Source of the DNA: a virus
Direction: 5' to 3' (one strand)
DNA: 64,000 bases
IMG/VR virus record: IMGVR_UViG_3300021962_000025
Span: 32,001 to 96,000 of that record
Shown here: positions 38,598-48,253 of the stretch, piece by piece
How the letters are laid out: each line of letters begins with the position of its first letter
Position numbering within the stretch: position 1 is the first letter of the stretch
Program-made: the position numbers and the translations under genes
The notes under the pieces: generated by a model
Seen by the model: only the letters and a program-made list of their open reading frames with translations
Told to the model about the DNA's origin: nothing
Database searches by the model: none

Positions 38598-40829
38598 ATG
38601 AATAAGGAAAATTTAAAACAGTTAACGGAGGAAATAAACAAAACAACATCAAATGAAATTGTTGGTGTTAGTTATGGTTTTAAAACCGTAAATGGTCTTG
38701 TCACAAATGAAAAGTCAATCATTTATACCGTTAAAAATAAAAAACCCTTATCTGAAATTCCTGAGACCGATAGAATACCCTCAGAATTAAGTGTTGGAGA
38801 TTCTATAGTCAAAACCGATGTTGTTCAGGGAGTTATAAAAAGACACGCCTACGAATTAGGTACGGATCCCAATTTCTATTCGTGGCAAAGTACTCCTCCC
38901 GATAATAGGTCAACCCACAGACCAATTTTAGGTGGTATATCAACTACAAATTTTACTTCATTAGGAAATTATGTTGGTACTTTGGGATTTATTGCGGTAG
39001 ATAACGAAACGAATTCTTTAGTGGCGGTTTCTAATAATCACGTTTATGTGGATGATGCAACATTCACTAGTGAAAGAGACGAGAATAGTGTAAGGACGAA
39101 CGCGTTCACCCCTTTTGGACATGATATTACACAACCAAACGAACCCGGTAAATCGGGTTTGGCATATGGTATTGGTAAACTTAAAAAGTACCAACCACTA
39201 CGATCAACTAATTTAGTGGATGCCGCCCTATGTGCCATAGATAATTTGGAAAACATAAATATTGAGGTTTCATGGCAACAGTACGGTATTAGTGGTATGA
39301 CATCCCCACCCAGATTTGCCACAACATCTGAGATAGACGACGCTTTAGATAACCCATCTCAACTTTATTACTCTTCAGGTAGATCTACGGGAGCAAAAGG
39401 TGAGGGGACAATTAAATTATTAAACTACGCATCGAGTAGTTCTATCTTTATTGAATATAATATGCAGGGTGTTGACACCGCGGTATATATGAATGATACT
39501 TTTGAGTTGTCGGCTAGTGGTTCAACCACAACCCCGGGTAATTATGTTTATTATCCATCGTATGCAGGAGATTCGGGTTCTGCCATTCTAACACAAGTCC
39601 AAGTGGGTGAGCGTTTAGATTGGGTAATTATTGGTTTACTTTACGGTGGTAGGTATGTTAATAATCCTGATGACATTCTTGGTAATGGTGTTTCTCCTGT
39701 ACAAACACTATGTTGTAGAATAGATCACGTAGCCGCCGCATTGAATATCAGGGCGTGGGATGGTACCTTATCGGGATTATCTGTTTCTGATATATCAAAC
39801 CCAGCGACTTTTGTTGTAAGTGGGAAATCGGCTTCTAAAACGATATCAGTGAATGGTTTAACTTATTGGCAAATGGGATTCGTTAATGATAGTGAATTCC
39901 CTGCGGATCCGATTCCAACTGCCACACCTAACCCAACAGCAACTCCGAACCCCACACCACAGGCTACACCAAATTGTGGGTTTGATGTCGATGTGACAAT
40001 TGCTTCACCAACCTCAACTCCGTCACCGACACCTAATGCAACCCCTAACCCAACACCTAACCCGACGGCAACTCTATCTCCACAAACGCTTTATTTAAAT
40101 TATGAACATTTAAATTCATGTAGTACTTCTAATCTAATCTTATTAGTTAATGGGGTTCAACAGGGTGCGAACATAAACTTAAGTCAAGGGACTTCAGGTT
40201 CAGGAACCGTAAGAGGACCAATTACTGTTTATCCTGGCGATCAAGTATCACTACAGTATAAACCATTTAATTTGATTTACCCATGTACATTATCATATCA
40301 AAATCCGAGTGTAGAGGTCTTTTTAAATGGATCTTCAGTGGGAAGTAATTCAAACGACAATACCTATAATACCTACAATTACACTGTTCAATCAGGTGTT
40401 AATCCAACATTATTGGTTAAAATGAATAGTGTTCCTGTACCAACCGCAACACCCTTACCAACATATACACTCACACTTCAAAACATAACCTCCGCAACAG
40501 ATGCGGAATATTGTGCTAAAGGGTATATCTACATAGAGAAAAATGGAACTGAAGTGGCGAGAATAACTAAATCACAAACACAAACTACCGCATCGTGGAA
40601 CACGTCGAGCGTGACATTCACATCGTCCGACTCAGTATATGTTAAATCATTCTCCCAAGGTGGTGGAGGTGCTGGATGTGTTAATGAAGATACTCGAGTA
40701 AGATCAATGGTTGATGGGGTAATTAGAACAACTTCTGAGTCTCTTACGGGAACTAATAATCAAGGTTATTTAATACCTGACGGTAATCATACGGTAACAG
40801 GACAATTCATTGCGACCGGTGGGGTATAA
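38598..40829 (+). CDS. Trypsin-like (S1/Nal1-type) serine protease fused through Pro/Thr linkers to C-terminal beta domains
   Basis: Intact triad SNNHV (His), VDAA (Asp), AGDSGS (Ser); Nal1-like N-terminus VGVSYGFK...TDV. Confidence 0.8.
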   Translation: MNKENLKQLTEEINKTTSNEIVGVSYGFKTVNGLVTNEKSIIYTVKNKKPLSEIPETDRIPSELSVGDSIVKTDVVQGVIKRHAYELGTDPNFYSWQSTPPDNRSTHRPILGGISTTNFTSLGNYVGTLGFIAVDNETNSLVAVSNNHVYVDDATFTSERDENSVRTNAFTPFGHDITQPNEPGKSGLAYGIGKLKKYQPLRSTNLVDAALCAIDNLENINIEVSWQQYGISGMTSPPRFATTSEIDDALDNPSQLYYSSGRSTGAKGEGTIKLLNYASSSSIFIEYNMQGVDTAVYMNDTFELSASGSTTTPGNYVYYPSYAGDSGSAILTQVQVGERLDWVIIGLLYGGRYVNNPDDILGNGVSPVQTLCCRIDHVAAALNIRAWDGTLSGLSVSDISNPATFVVSGKSASKTISVNGLTYWQMGFVNDSEFPADPIPTATPNPTATPNPTPQATPNCGFDVDVTIASPTSTPSPTPNATPNPTPNPTATLSPQTLYLNYEHLNSCSTSNLILLVNGVQQGANINLSQGTSGSGTVRGPITVYPGDQVSLQYKPFNLIYPCTLSYQNPSVEVFLNGSSVGSNSNDNTYNTYNYTVQSGVNPTLLVKMNSVPVPTATPLPTYTLTLQNITSATDAEYCAKGYIYIEKNGTEVARITKSQTQTTASWNTSSVTFTSSDSVYVKSFSQGGGGAGCVNEDTRVRSMVDGVIRTTSESLTGTNNQGYLIPDGNHTVTGQFIATGGV

Positions 40830-40854
40830 AAGAATGGTGTAGATATTTATCAAT

Positions 40855-41223
40855 ATGGAATTTTTTATACGAAAGGGGGCAACTGACCCAATATTAAAAA
40901 TGAGATTAGTAGATGACGGTAGAAATGACAAGTCATCACTAAACGACTTATTGGAAAATGCAGACATCACATTTGATATGATCGAAGTAGAATCGGAGAT
41001 TCCTCACATTTTAGGTGGTCAGTGTTATTTAACCACAAGAACCAAGAAATACGATCAAACGACGGACGAATACTATATTACGTACAGATTCACCGAACCA
41101 CAAACAAGGGAATCAGGAAAGTTCGAGGGAATTATTAATGTACAGTTCAGAGACACCAACCTACAACCAACTACCAAACTTATCGTACCGATCAAAGAGA
41201 AATTATTTATCAATATTATCTAA
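40855..41223 (+). CDS. BppU-like baseplate/fibre adaptor domain protein
   Basis: FIRKGATDPILKMRL...YITYRFTEPQTRESGKFEG pattern; TATTTATC box 3 nt before the ATG. Confidence 0.5.
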   Translation: MEFFIRKGATDPILKMRLVDDGRNDKSSLNDLLENADITFDMIEVESEIPHILGGQCYLTTRTKKYDQTTDEYYITYRFTEPQTRESGKFEGIINVQFRDTNLQPTTKLIVPIKEKLFINII

Positions 41224-41252
41224 TCAAACCCGCCATACATAAATGATGGGAG

Positions 41253-41284
41253 TTTGATATTTTATTATTTTTTTCGTATATTTG
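41253..41284 (+). promoter_or_regulatory. Bacteroidota consensus promoter for the DNA polymerase gene
   Basis: TTTG (41253-41256), 20-nt spacer, TATATTTG (41277-41284): an exact match to TTTG-N19-21-TAnnTTTG. Confidence 0.7.
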
Positions 41285-41349
41285 TTATTGTAACAAGACT
41301 AACTACCCAACTAAGGGTAAGCTAATGTGTCACTTGAATAATAATTTAT

Positions 41350-44241
41350 ATGAAAGAAATAATCTCTCAAGAAGTAATTGAGGAGTTCCTTAATGGTGGT
41401 GACCCCGAAGAATTTATTATAGGGTTAGAGTACGAATATAGTACTAATACAATTTACAAAATTATACAACACCCTGAAAAGGGTAAGATCATAAGATCTG
41501 ATAAACTCACTCCATTTTTATGGGTTAGCGATATAAGCTCATTAAATTTTTATGGTGGGAGTAAATCCATGCAACGTAAAAAAATGATGGAGTTCGGGAT
41601 TACCATAGACAAGTTAGATACTGCGGGTAATGAACGATTAGAAAACGGATACAACTTTTTAGTAAAGAGTAGTAAGGGTTATAAAGAACTTTTAGGTTTT
41701 TTCCGTCAAGGTGGAATTAACCCATGGGATGAGAAAGTAAAAGACCATTTTATTCTCTTAAACCCGAAAGAACAATATCTTATTCAAAAAGAAAAAAGAC
41801 TCTTCAAGGGTATTGAGGAGTATGAGGACGTTCATCGTTTAGTCTTCGATATTGAGACCACGGGTTTAGATCCTGAAGTCGATAAGATTATTCTTATTGG
41901 AATGAAGGATAATCGTGGTTTTTTAAAAATTATAAATGCGTTCGGTGACGATGGTGAAAAAAACTGTATAATTGAGTTTTTTGAACATCTTAGGGAACTG
42001 AAACCCACAATATTTGCGGGATATAACTCAGCATTCTTCGATTTCCCCTTCATCTTAAAAAGGGCACAGATATTAGGGGTAAATGTTGAAGACCATACTA
42101 AGGTCTTTGTTGATCAAGGGATGAAAGAAAGGGAGGGTATGTTAAAACTTGCCAATGAGGTTGAGACATATACCCAACACATGATTTGGGGTATGAATAT
42201 TCTTGATATCGCCCACTCGGTTCGTAGAGCACAAGCAATTAACTCAGAAATTAAGTCTTGGGGGTTGAAATATATCACCAAATATCTTGGTGCCGAAAAG
42301 GATAATCGAGTTTATGTGGATGGGGCTTGGATCTCTAAAATTTATTTAGAAAATGAAAGTTACTACCTGAACCCAAAAACAGGCGGATATAAAAAAATAG
42401 GTGAAAAGGGAACTGAAGGTCTCTTAGAGAAATATCCGGGTAAGTTTGAGGTTTGGACGGGACGTAAAATTGTGGAACAATACTTGGACGATGACTTATA
42501 TGAAACTATGGTTGTTGATGAGTCATTCAGTCAATCAACGTTCCTTCTCTCAAAGTTAGTTCCCACAACGTATGAGAGAATCTCGACCATGGGTACCGCA
42601 ACCTTGTGGAAATTGATCATGTTAGCGTGGTCATATAAACATGGTTTGTCAATTCCAGAAAAACAAGACAGAAGAGCAATCACGGGAGGATTGTCCCGAC
42701 TATTAACTGTTGGTTACTCCACTAATGTTGTTAAGTTTGACTACTCTTCTCTATATCCATCTATTCAGTTGGTTTATGATGTATTCCCCGAATGTGATGT
42801 TATGGGGGTACAGAAATCGATGTTAAAATATTTCCGTGATGTACGTATAAAGTATAAAAAATTAGCGGGTCAGTATAAAAAGACAGATCCCGAATTGGCG
42901 GAGAAGTATGATCGAAAACAATTACCTATTAAAATCTTTATTAACGCCTACTTTGGGTCTCTTTCAGCACCTCACGTTTTTCATTGGGGTGATATGGACA
43001 TGGGTGAAACAATTACATGTGTCGGTAGACAATGTTTACGTATGATGATTATGTTCTTTAAAGAACGTGGTTATAAGGCATTGGTTATGGATACTGATGG
43101 TGTAAACTTCTCATGTCCACCCAATGTAGATGAAAGACAATATATTGGTAAGGGTTTAAATGAGTTGGTTGAAAAAGGTAAGGTATATACAGGGGCAGAA
43201 GCAGACACCGCGGAATTCAATGATATATTCATGAGAAATGAAATGGGGTTGGATATTGATTATGTTGCCCCATCCACTGTAAATGTTGCCCGTAAAAACT
43301 ATGTACTTAAAAAACCAACAGGAGGTTTGAAATTAACAGGTAACACCATTAAGTCTAAGAATCTTCATGGTTATATTGTTGACTTTTTAGATGAAAGTTT
43401 AAAAATACTATTAGACGGTGATGGTTACGAGTTCTTAGAGATTTACTACAAGTATATTGATAGGATTTTTAATAAGGATATTCCTTTGGCCAAAATTGCT
43501 AATAAATCAAGGGTTAAGCAGTCGATCGATGATTATAAAAAACATATGAAAAAAAGAACTAAAAGTGGTTCTTTAATGTCTCGACAGGCACATATGGAAT
43601 TAATTTTAGAAAACAATTATCCCGCGGGTCTCGGGGAGACAATCTATTACGTAAATAATGGTACGAAAAAGGGGGATGGTGACGTACAAAAAATAACTAA
43701 ACCAACTAAAAAGTTCCAACAAGAGTATTTTGAGGAGTTCGGTACTGAAGTTCCCAAGGACTATGTAAAGGTTAATTGTTTTATGATCACAGAAAAGGAA
43801 TTGGAGGAAAACCCAAACCTTAAAGGTGATTATAACGTTGCCAGGTATATAAGTACCTTTAACAAACGTATCGAACCTTTATTGGTGGTTTTTCATCCCG
43901 ACATTAGGGAGGATATTTTAATCGAAGACCCATCAAATAGACCATTCTTTACTAAAACCCAATGTGAATTAGTTAGTGGTTATCCCATGAAGGAGGATGG
44001 TCAGGACAAATTTGATGAAGTAATGACACTATCGGATAGTGAAGTTTTATTTTGGAATAAGGTTAAACGAGACCCATACTTTATGTACTTAGAAGACAGT
44101 ATAAAACATGTCGACCCTTATTGGGTTGAAGTAAACAGGGATGTGGTTAGTTTTAAAAGACCAAGTACTGTGTCAAATTCGGATGAGATTATTGAAAAGA
44201 ACAGACACGATTATGCGGAACACACTGATTATGGTGATTAG
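41350..44241 (+). CDS. polB: DNA polymerase family B with 3'-5' exonuclease
   Basis: FDIETTG (ExoI), GYNSAFFDFPF (ExoII), FDYSSLYPSI (motif A), KIFINAYFG (motif B) and MDTDG (motif C). Confidence 0.95.
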   Translation: MKEIISQEVIEEFLNGGDPEEFIIGLEYEYSTNTIYKIIQHPEKGKIIRSDKLTPFLWVSDISSLNFYGGSKSMQRKKMMEFGITIDKLDTAGNERLENGYNFLVKSSKGYKELLGFFRQGGINPWDEKVKDHFILLNPKEQYLIQKEKRLFKGIEEYEDVHRLVFDIETTGLDPEVDKIILIGMKDNRGFLKIINAFGDDGEKNCIIEFFEHLRELKPTIFAGYNSAFFDFPFILKRAQILGVNVEDHTKVFVDQGMKEREGMLKLANEVETYTQHMIWGMNILDIAHSVRRAQAINSEIKSWGLKYITKYLGAEKDNRVYVDGAWISKIYLENESYYLNPKTGGYKKIGEKGTEGLLEKYPGKFEVWTGRKIVEQYLDDDLYETMVVDESFSQSTFLLSKLVPTTYERISTMGTATLWKLIMLAWSYKHGLSIPEKQDRRAITGGLSRLLTVGYSTNVVKFDYSSLYPSIQLVYDVFPECDVMGVQKSMLKYFRDVRIKYKKLAGQYKKTDPELAEKYDRKQLPIKIFINAYFGSLSAPHVFHWGDMDMGETITCVGRQCLRMMIMFFKERGYKALVMDTDGVNFSCPPNVDERQYIGKGLNELVEKGKVYTGAEADTAEFNDIFMRNEMGLDIDYVAPSTVNVARKNYVLKKPTGGLKLTGNTIKSKNLHGYIVDFLDESLKILLDGDGYEFLEIYYKYIDRIFNKDIPLAKIANKSRVKQSIDDYKKHMKKRTKSGSLMSRQAHMELILENNYPAGLGETIYYVNNGTKKGDGDVQKITKPTKKFQQEYFEEFGTEVPKDYVKVNCFMITEKELEENPNLKGDYNVARYISTFNKRIEPLLVVFHPDIREDILIEDPSNRPFFTKTQCELVSGYPMKEDGQDKFDEVMTLSDSEVLFWNKVKRDPYFMYLEDSIKHVDPYWVEVNRDVVSFKRPSTVSNSDEIIEKNRHDYAEHTDYGD

Positions 44242-45356
44242 ATCATAGTAAACGGTGATTGCATTGGTCTGAACTTCATTGCCTTATTAAGGTTTTCGGC
44301 CTCCGCTCCTTTTCTTTCTAACATTTTGTCAGGACGTAATCTTTCTAATCGGTTCATTAATTCCTCAATGAGTTTAAGTTTTTCATCTTTACCTTCTGTA
44401 AGTAATGATGAGTAATCTAACTTAATCTGACTATCAGGAACTTGTAGATCTCCTGAAAATTTTGAATATATTCTACCTAAACCTTCTTTAGAATATGCAA
44501 TAAGATATTTTCTAACCCAATTCTGTGCGGGTTTGTTAAGTGTTTCCCATGTAAGTTCTTCTGTTGCGATATCTGAAGGTAGTTTGACGATGTCTTTATT
44601 TTTTGCTAAACAATCATCCCTATCATTCGTATCGTAATACCAATACCAAACATAGTAATTATGTTGTTGGATAGAACCGAAATCAAAACGACCCCCAGGA
44701 ACGTTTGCTAGGTGAACTAATTTTTTACCTTCAGGTAATGCGGTAATACGATAAGTCAATTCTCCACCGATCAAACGGTTTTTAATATTCCTATCCTGCA
44801 TTCTCGCCAATAAATCATAGGCGGGTAACATAAAATAAGAACCCGATGTTCCCATCTGAGCAAAACCACCCACACCACCGAATCCAACACCACCAAGACC
44901 TCCAAAACCACCTAAGAATGGATCGACAATAGAATCAGTAAGTTCGGCTCTCGTAAACCACAGTAACTCATTGATTTCACGACCCGCAGGGATCTCATAT
45001 GTTTGTTGATTAGGGACAAGTTCAATTTTATCTTTTTTCAGTACAGAATCACCACCGGTTTGTAGACCAACAATTTTAGAATATGCATGAGAATATTGTG
45101 TCTCATAATCCAAAGATCTTGTTGTGAATGCTCTTGTTAATGATTGAGTGTCAACGTCTAACCCAGCTAAAGACGACCATTGTGATTCTATCAACCAATC
45201 ACTAACGTATTGTTCATATTCGTCGAGGGCTAACTCGAGGAATGTGTCCATCTGTTCTTCGGTCAGTTCGACTGACCTAATCGGCATCCCTAAAAGATGT
45301 AAAACTTGGGAATACAGCTTCTCTTTGTTGGTGGGTGTTATAATTGTACTTGCCAT
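44238..45356 (-). CDS. gp13: Neck protein (T4 gp13-like)
   Basis: LYSQVLHLLGMPIRSVELTEEQM N-terminus and WVRKYLIAYSKEGLGRIYSKF C-terminus; TATTTATA box at 45378-45371. Confidence 0.8.
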   Translation of the reverse strand: MASTIITPTNKEKLYSQVLHLLGMPIRSVELTEEQMDTFLELALDEYEQYVSDWLIESQWSSLAGLDVDTQSLTRAFTTRSLDYETQYSHAYSKIVGLQTGGDSVLKKDKIELVPNQQTYEIPAGREINELLWFTRAELTDSIVDPFLGGFGGLGGVGFGGVGGFAQMGTSGSYFMLPAYDLLARMQDRNIKNRLIGGELTYRITALPEGKKLVHLANVPGGRFDFGSIQQHNYYVWYWYYDTNDRDDCLAKNKDIVKLPSDIATEELTWETLNKPAQNWVRKYLIAYSKEGLGRIYSKFSGDLQVPDSQIKLDYSSLLTEGKDEKLKLIEELMNRLERLRPDKMLERKGAEAENLNKAMKFRPMQSPFTMI

Positions 45357-45408
45357 ACTTGATTTATTATTATAAATAGTTTATATTTGTAAAAACAGTT
45401 AGAATATA

Positions 45409-46515
45409 TTGTCACTTTCAAACAAAATATTAGAGAACATTCGAAAAACAGGAACCTTAAATGAGAGTGCTGTAAAGTCTATTTTTGTTATCAATAAATC
45501 GAATTCGAACTATTTTATAGGTAAAATAAATTCCATATTCAAAAAACACGATTTCACTTCGTATCCCGAATATAAGTGGGATGTGAATTTGGGGATGAAA
45601 AGAAATCGACATAGCAATGAGTGTAAGTACGGTGTGTGGGTTTTTTTACGTAATGAGTGGAGGTGGTCATGGATAAATACGTTTGAGACCAACTACTCAG
45701 CCATTCACAGCCTAATAGAACATTTTAACAAAACTGAATTTGGTTTATCTCAACCCTTAACCTATTATAATTTAGAGAATAATTTTATTAAAGAATGTAA
45801 TAGGTTATTACTTTATATATATAACAACACTTCTGAAGTTTTTGGGTTTGGGGGTCCCACGGATATCTCCGTAACTTTACAGATAATTACCGCCAATACT
45901 TGGTATAAAAGTAAATTCTCCGAAATAGCGTTTATTAGGGAATTCAATACCACAAATGAAAAGGTATTCGTACCAAAGAATAGGGGTAATGGGGATGACT
46001 ATATGAACGGGATTGATTTTTTAATAGGGGATATCACTTTCCAACATAAAAAAGACAAGGTAGAATTTGTTGAGGATTCGTGTATCTTATATTCCTCAAA
46101 TCTACATAAGTCGAAACATGAAAAAGTCAATAGGTTTGTCTATGAGTTTGGCGAATCCATTTATCTTTTCGACACTACAAATATATATGACCCAAGTATT
46201 GTAGAGTATAGTGATAGGATGGTCATCCCAAATGATAGATTATTGGGAGTATTTGACGTGACCGCAGATCATTTGGTTTCTATTTGTAGGAAAATATTCA
46301 AATTCTGTATAAATAATGGGTTTACCTTTGAGATGTTTGATTCTGAGGAACCCTACATTGATTTAGATGAAAAGGATAGATCTGTCATCATAGGTTTCAA
46401 TGGGGCTGATTTAGACCCAATATCAACAGAATTGACGAAGTGTTTAGATCATTTAATGTTCTTAACTAATTCAGATGCGAAACTTTCTGAATATTCTCCG
46501 TCACCCATAACCTGA
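45409..46515 (+). CDS. Putative PD-(D/E)xK-fold nuclease (QxK variant)
   Basis: TTG start; SEIAF...GNGDDYMNGIDFLIGDITFQHKK; own TATATTTG promoter at 45382-45389. Confidence 0.45.
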   Translation: MSLSNKILENIRKTGTLNESAVKSIFVINKSNSNYFIGKINSIFKKHDFTSYPEYKWDVNLGMKRNRHSNECKYGVWVFLRNEWRWSWINTFETNYSAIHSLIEHFNKTEFGLSQPLTYYNLENNFIKECNRLLLYIYNNTSEVFGFGGPTDISVTLQIITANTWYKSKFSEIAFIREFNTTNEKVFVPKNRGNGDDYMNGIDFLIGDITFQHKKDKVEFVEDSCILYSSNLHKSKHEKVNRFVYEFGESIYLFDTTNIYDPSIVEYSDRMVIPNDRLLGVFDVTADHLVSICRKIFKFCINNGFTFEMFDSEEPYIDLDEKDRSVIIGFNGADLDPISTELTKCLDHLMFLTNSDAKLSEYSPSPIT

Positions 46516-48200
46516 TCGATAATATTTTTCTTTTTTTGTAGGATATTATACACTGTCATCTCAATAGTGTTCTCAAATACTGGGTAGTAAACGAGGACAC
46601 TATTTTTTTGTCCATACCTATACGCCCTATCTTCCGCCTGTGAGTGGTCTGCGGGGACAAACGACAAATCATTCATTATAACGACATCTGCGGCGGTCAA
46701 AGTAATTCCTACACCTGCGGCTTTAATGTTACCAATGAATATTTTTATCTTATCGTCGTTTTGGAATCTATCGACAGCGTCTTGTCTTCTATCTTTAGAA
46801 AGACGACCATCTAGAACAACAGATTTCTTTTTATATTTTTCATGTAACATATCTAATGACATGGTAAAATTTGTAAATACAATTACTTTCCTGTCTTGTT
46901 CTAAAACTTTATCAATTAACTCACAAGTATGTTCTACTTTTTCTATTGCTATCAACTGTCTTAATTTCATTAATCGATTTAAAGTAACTGTGATAGACTC
47001 TTTCTCTTTATTTTCTTCGGTAATTCTTAAGAATTCGGTTAATTCATCATCATAAAAAGAATTCTTTAATTCCAACCATATGGGGGACACGATTTTTTCA
47101 GGTAGGTCCAAAACATCCGTTTTTAATCTACGTAAAACTATTGCCTTAGTTTGTTCCCGTAATTCGTCCAAGTTACTAGCCCCACTCGTATTCCAAACTT
47201 TTCTACCTCCAACCCTAAATTGGTATCCTTTACAATACCTCATAACATAACTCTTCCAATTTAACGTAAGTGGTGAGTTCATTATCTTTAGAAGATTGTA
47301 GTAGTTAATTGGTCGTGAGGTCATGGGTGTTCCAGTCAATAACCATACTTTAGGTATTTTAGCTAATATGTCATTAAGAAGTTTAGTTCTTTGTGCCTGA
47401 CTATTAGATATATAATGGGCCTCATCCACGATGGCCAAATCAAAACCTTCGTTTACTATAATTTGATATGCTTCGCTGTCTTCACTGTTCTCAGTTGTGT
47501 GGAAATTCTTAAGAATGTCATAGTTGATAATATAATATTTAAATGTGGAACCCCATTTTTTACCCTCAACAATTAAGACATAATCATCTGTATAGTTCTC
47601 AATCTCACGTTTCCAATTAATTTTTAGAGATGCGGGACAGACGATTAAAACTTTTTTCGCACCACTCTCCATTGCGGCAATGACGGTCGAGGTCGTTTTA
47701 CCCAACCCCATGTCATCGGCCAAAATAAAACGATCGTTCGCTAGTAATTTTTCAATTGCTATCTTTTGGTGTTCCATCGGGGGTCGTTTCGAATATTTCG
47801 AATAATCGATCTCCCTGTCTAAGGTCTTTTCTTCTTGTACTATAGACGCTTTGGGTATCCACATCGCGATGGGTTTCATCTCTTTTGTTATATTTCCCCA
47901 CACGTGATATGCCTTATCACTCTCACATAAAAGTTTCTCAACCCAAAGTTGGTCTACGGGTTTCATTAGTAACCTTTCCTCTTGGAGTTTAGTGCCGAAA
48001 TGTTTTGCGATAGTCACATATTTCTTGGCCACTTTAGGTTGGGTTTCCCAAAATTTCAATACATAATCTGATTGGGGACGAGTCAATCCAAAATATTTAT
48101 CGTTTTCGAATCTCCTCTTCCATTCAAGGATTTGGTTATTAGAACCAGTATAACCCGTTACAATTTCTCTTGCCTCTATTTCCGGTATGTTGTTCCCCAT
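46449..48200 (-). CDS. SNF2-family (SMARCAL1/HARP-like) helicase
   Basis: ILADDMGLGKT, IVDEAH, LLTGTP, GVGITLTAA and QAEDRAYRYGQ motifs. Confidence 0.93.
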   Translation of the reverse strand: MGNNIPEIEAREIVTGYTGSNNQILEWKRRFENDKYFGLTRPQSDYVLKFWETQPKVAKKYVTIAKHFGTKLQEERLLMKPVDQLWVEKLLCESDKAYHVWGNITKEMKPIAMWIPKASIVQEEKTLDREIDYSKYSKRPPMEHQKIAIEKLLANDRFILADDMGLGKTTSTVIAAMESGAKKVLIVCPASLKINWKREIENYTDDYVLIVEGKKWGSTFKYYIINYDILKNFHTTENSEDSEAYQIIVNEGFDLAIVDEAHYISNSQAQRTKLLNDILAKIPKVWLLTGTPMTSRPINYYNLLKIMNSPLTLNWKSYVMRYCKGYQFRVGGRKVWNTSGASNLDELREQTKAIVLRRLKTDVLDLPEKIVSPIWLELKNSFYDDELTEFLRITEENKEKESITVTLNRLMKLRQLIAIEKVEHTCELIDKVLEQDRKVIVFTNFTMSLDMLHEKYKKKSVVLDGRLSKDRRQDAVDRFQNDDKIKIFIGNIKAAGVGITLTAADVVIMNDLSFVPADHSQAEDRAYRYGQKNSVLVYYPVFENTIEMTVYNILQKKKNIIDQVMGDGEYSESFASELVKNIK

Positions 48201-48253
48201 ATATTAAGTTAAATATAAAGAATTCAAATCAATATTTAAACTATTTATTGTAT

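Noticed and set aside
31430-40829. Diversity-generating retroelement or invertible tail-fibre cassette
   Set aside because: No reverse transcriptase or recombinase, no adenine-specific TR/VR pair and no flanking inverted repeats were seen.
4001-44241. Inteins or group I introns in terminase, capsid or polymerase
   Set aside because: Motifs are contiguous and lengths ordinary; no splice-junction or LAGLIDADG/HNH signatures were seen.
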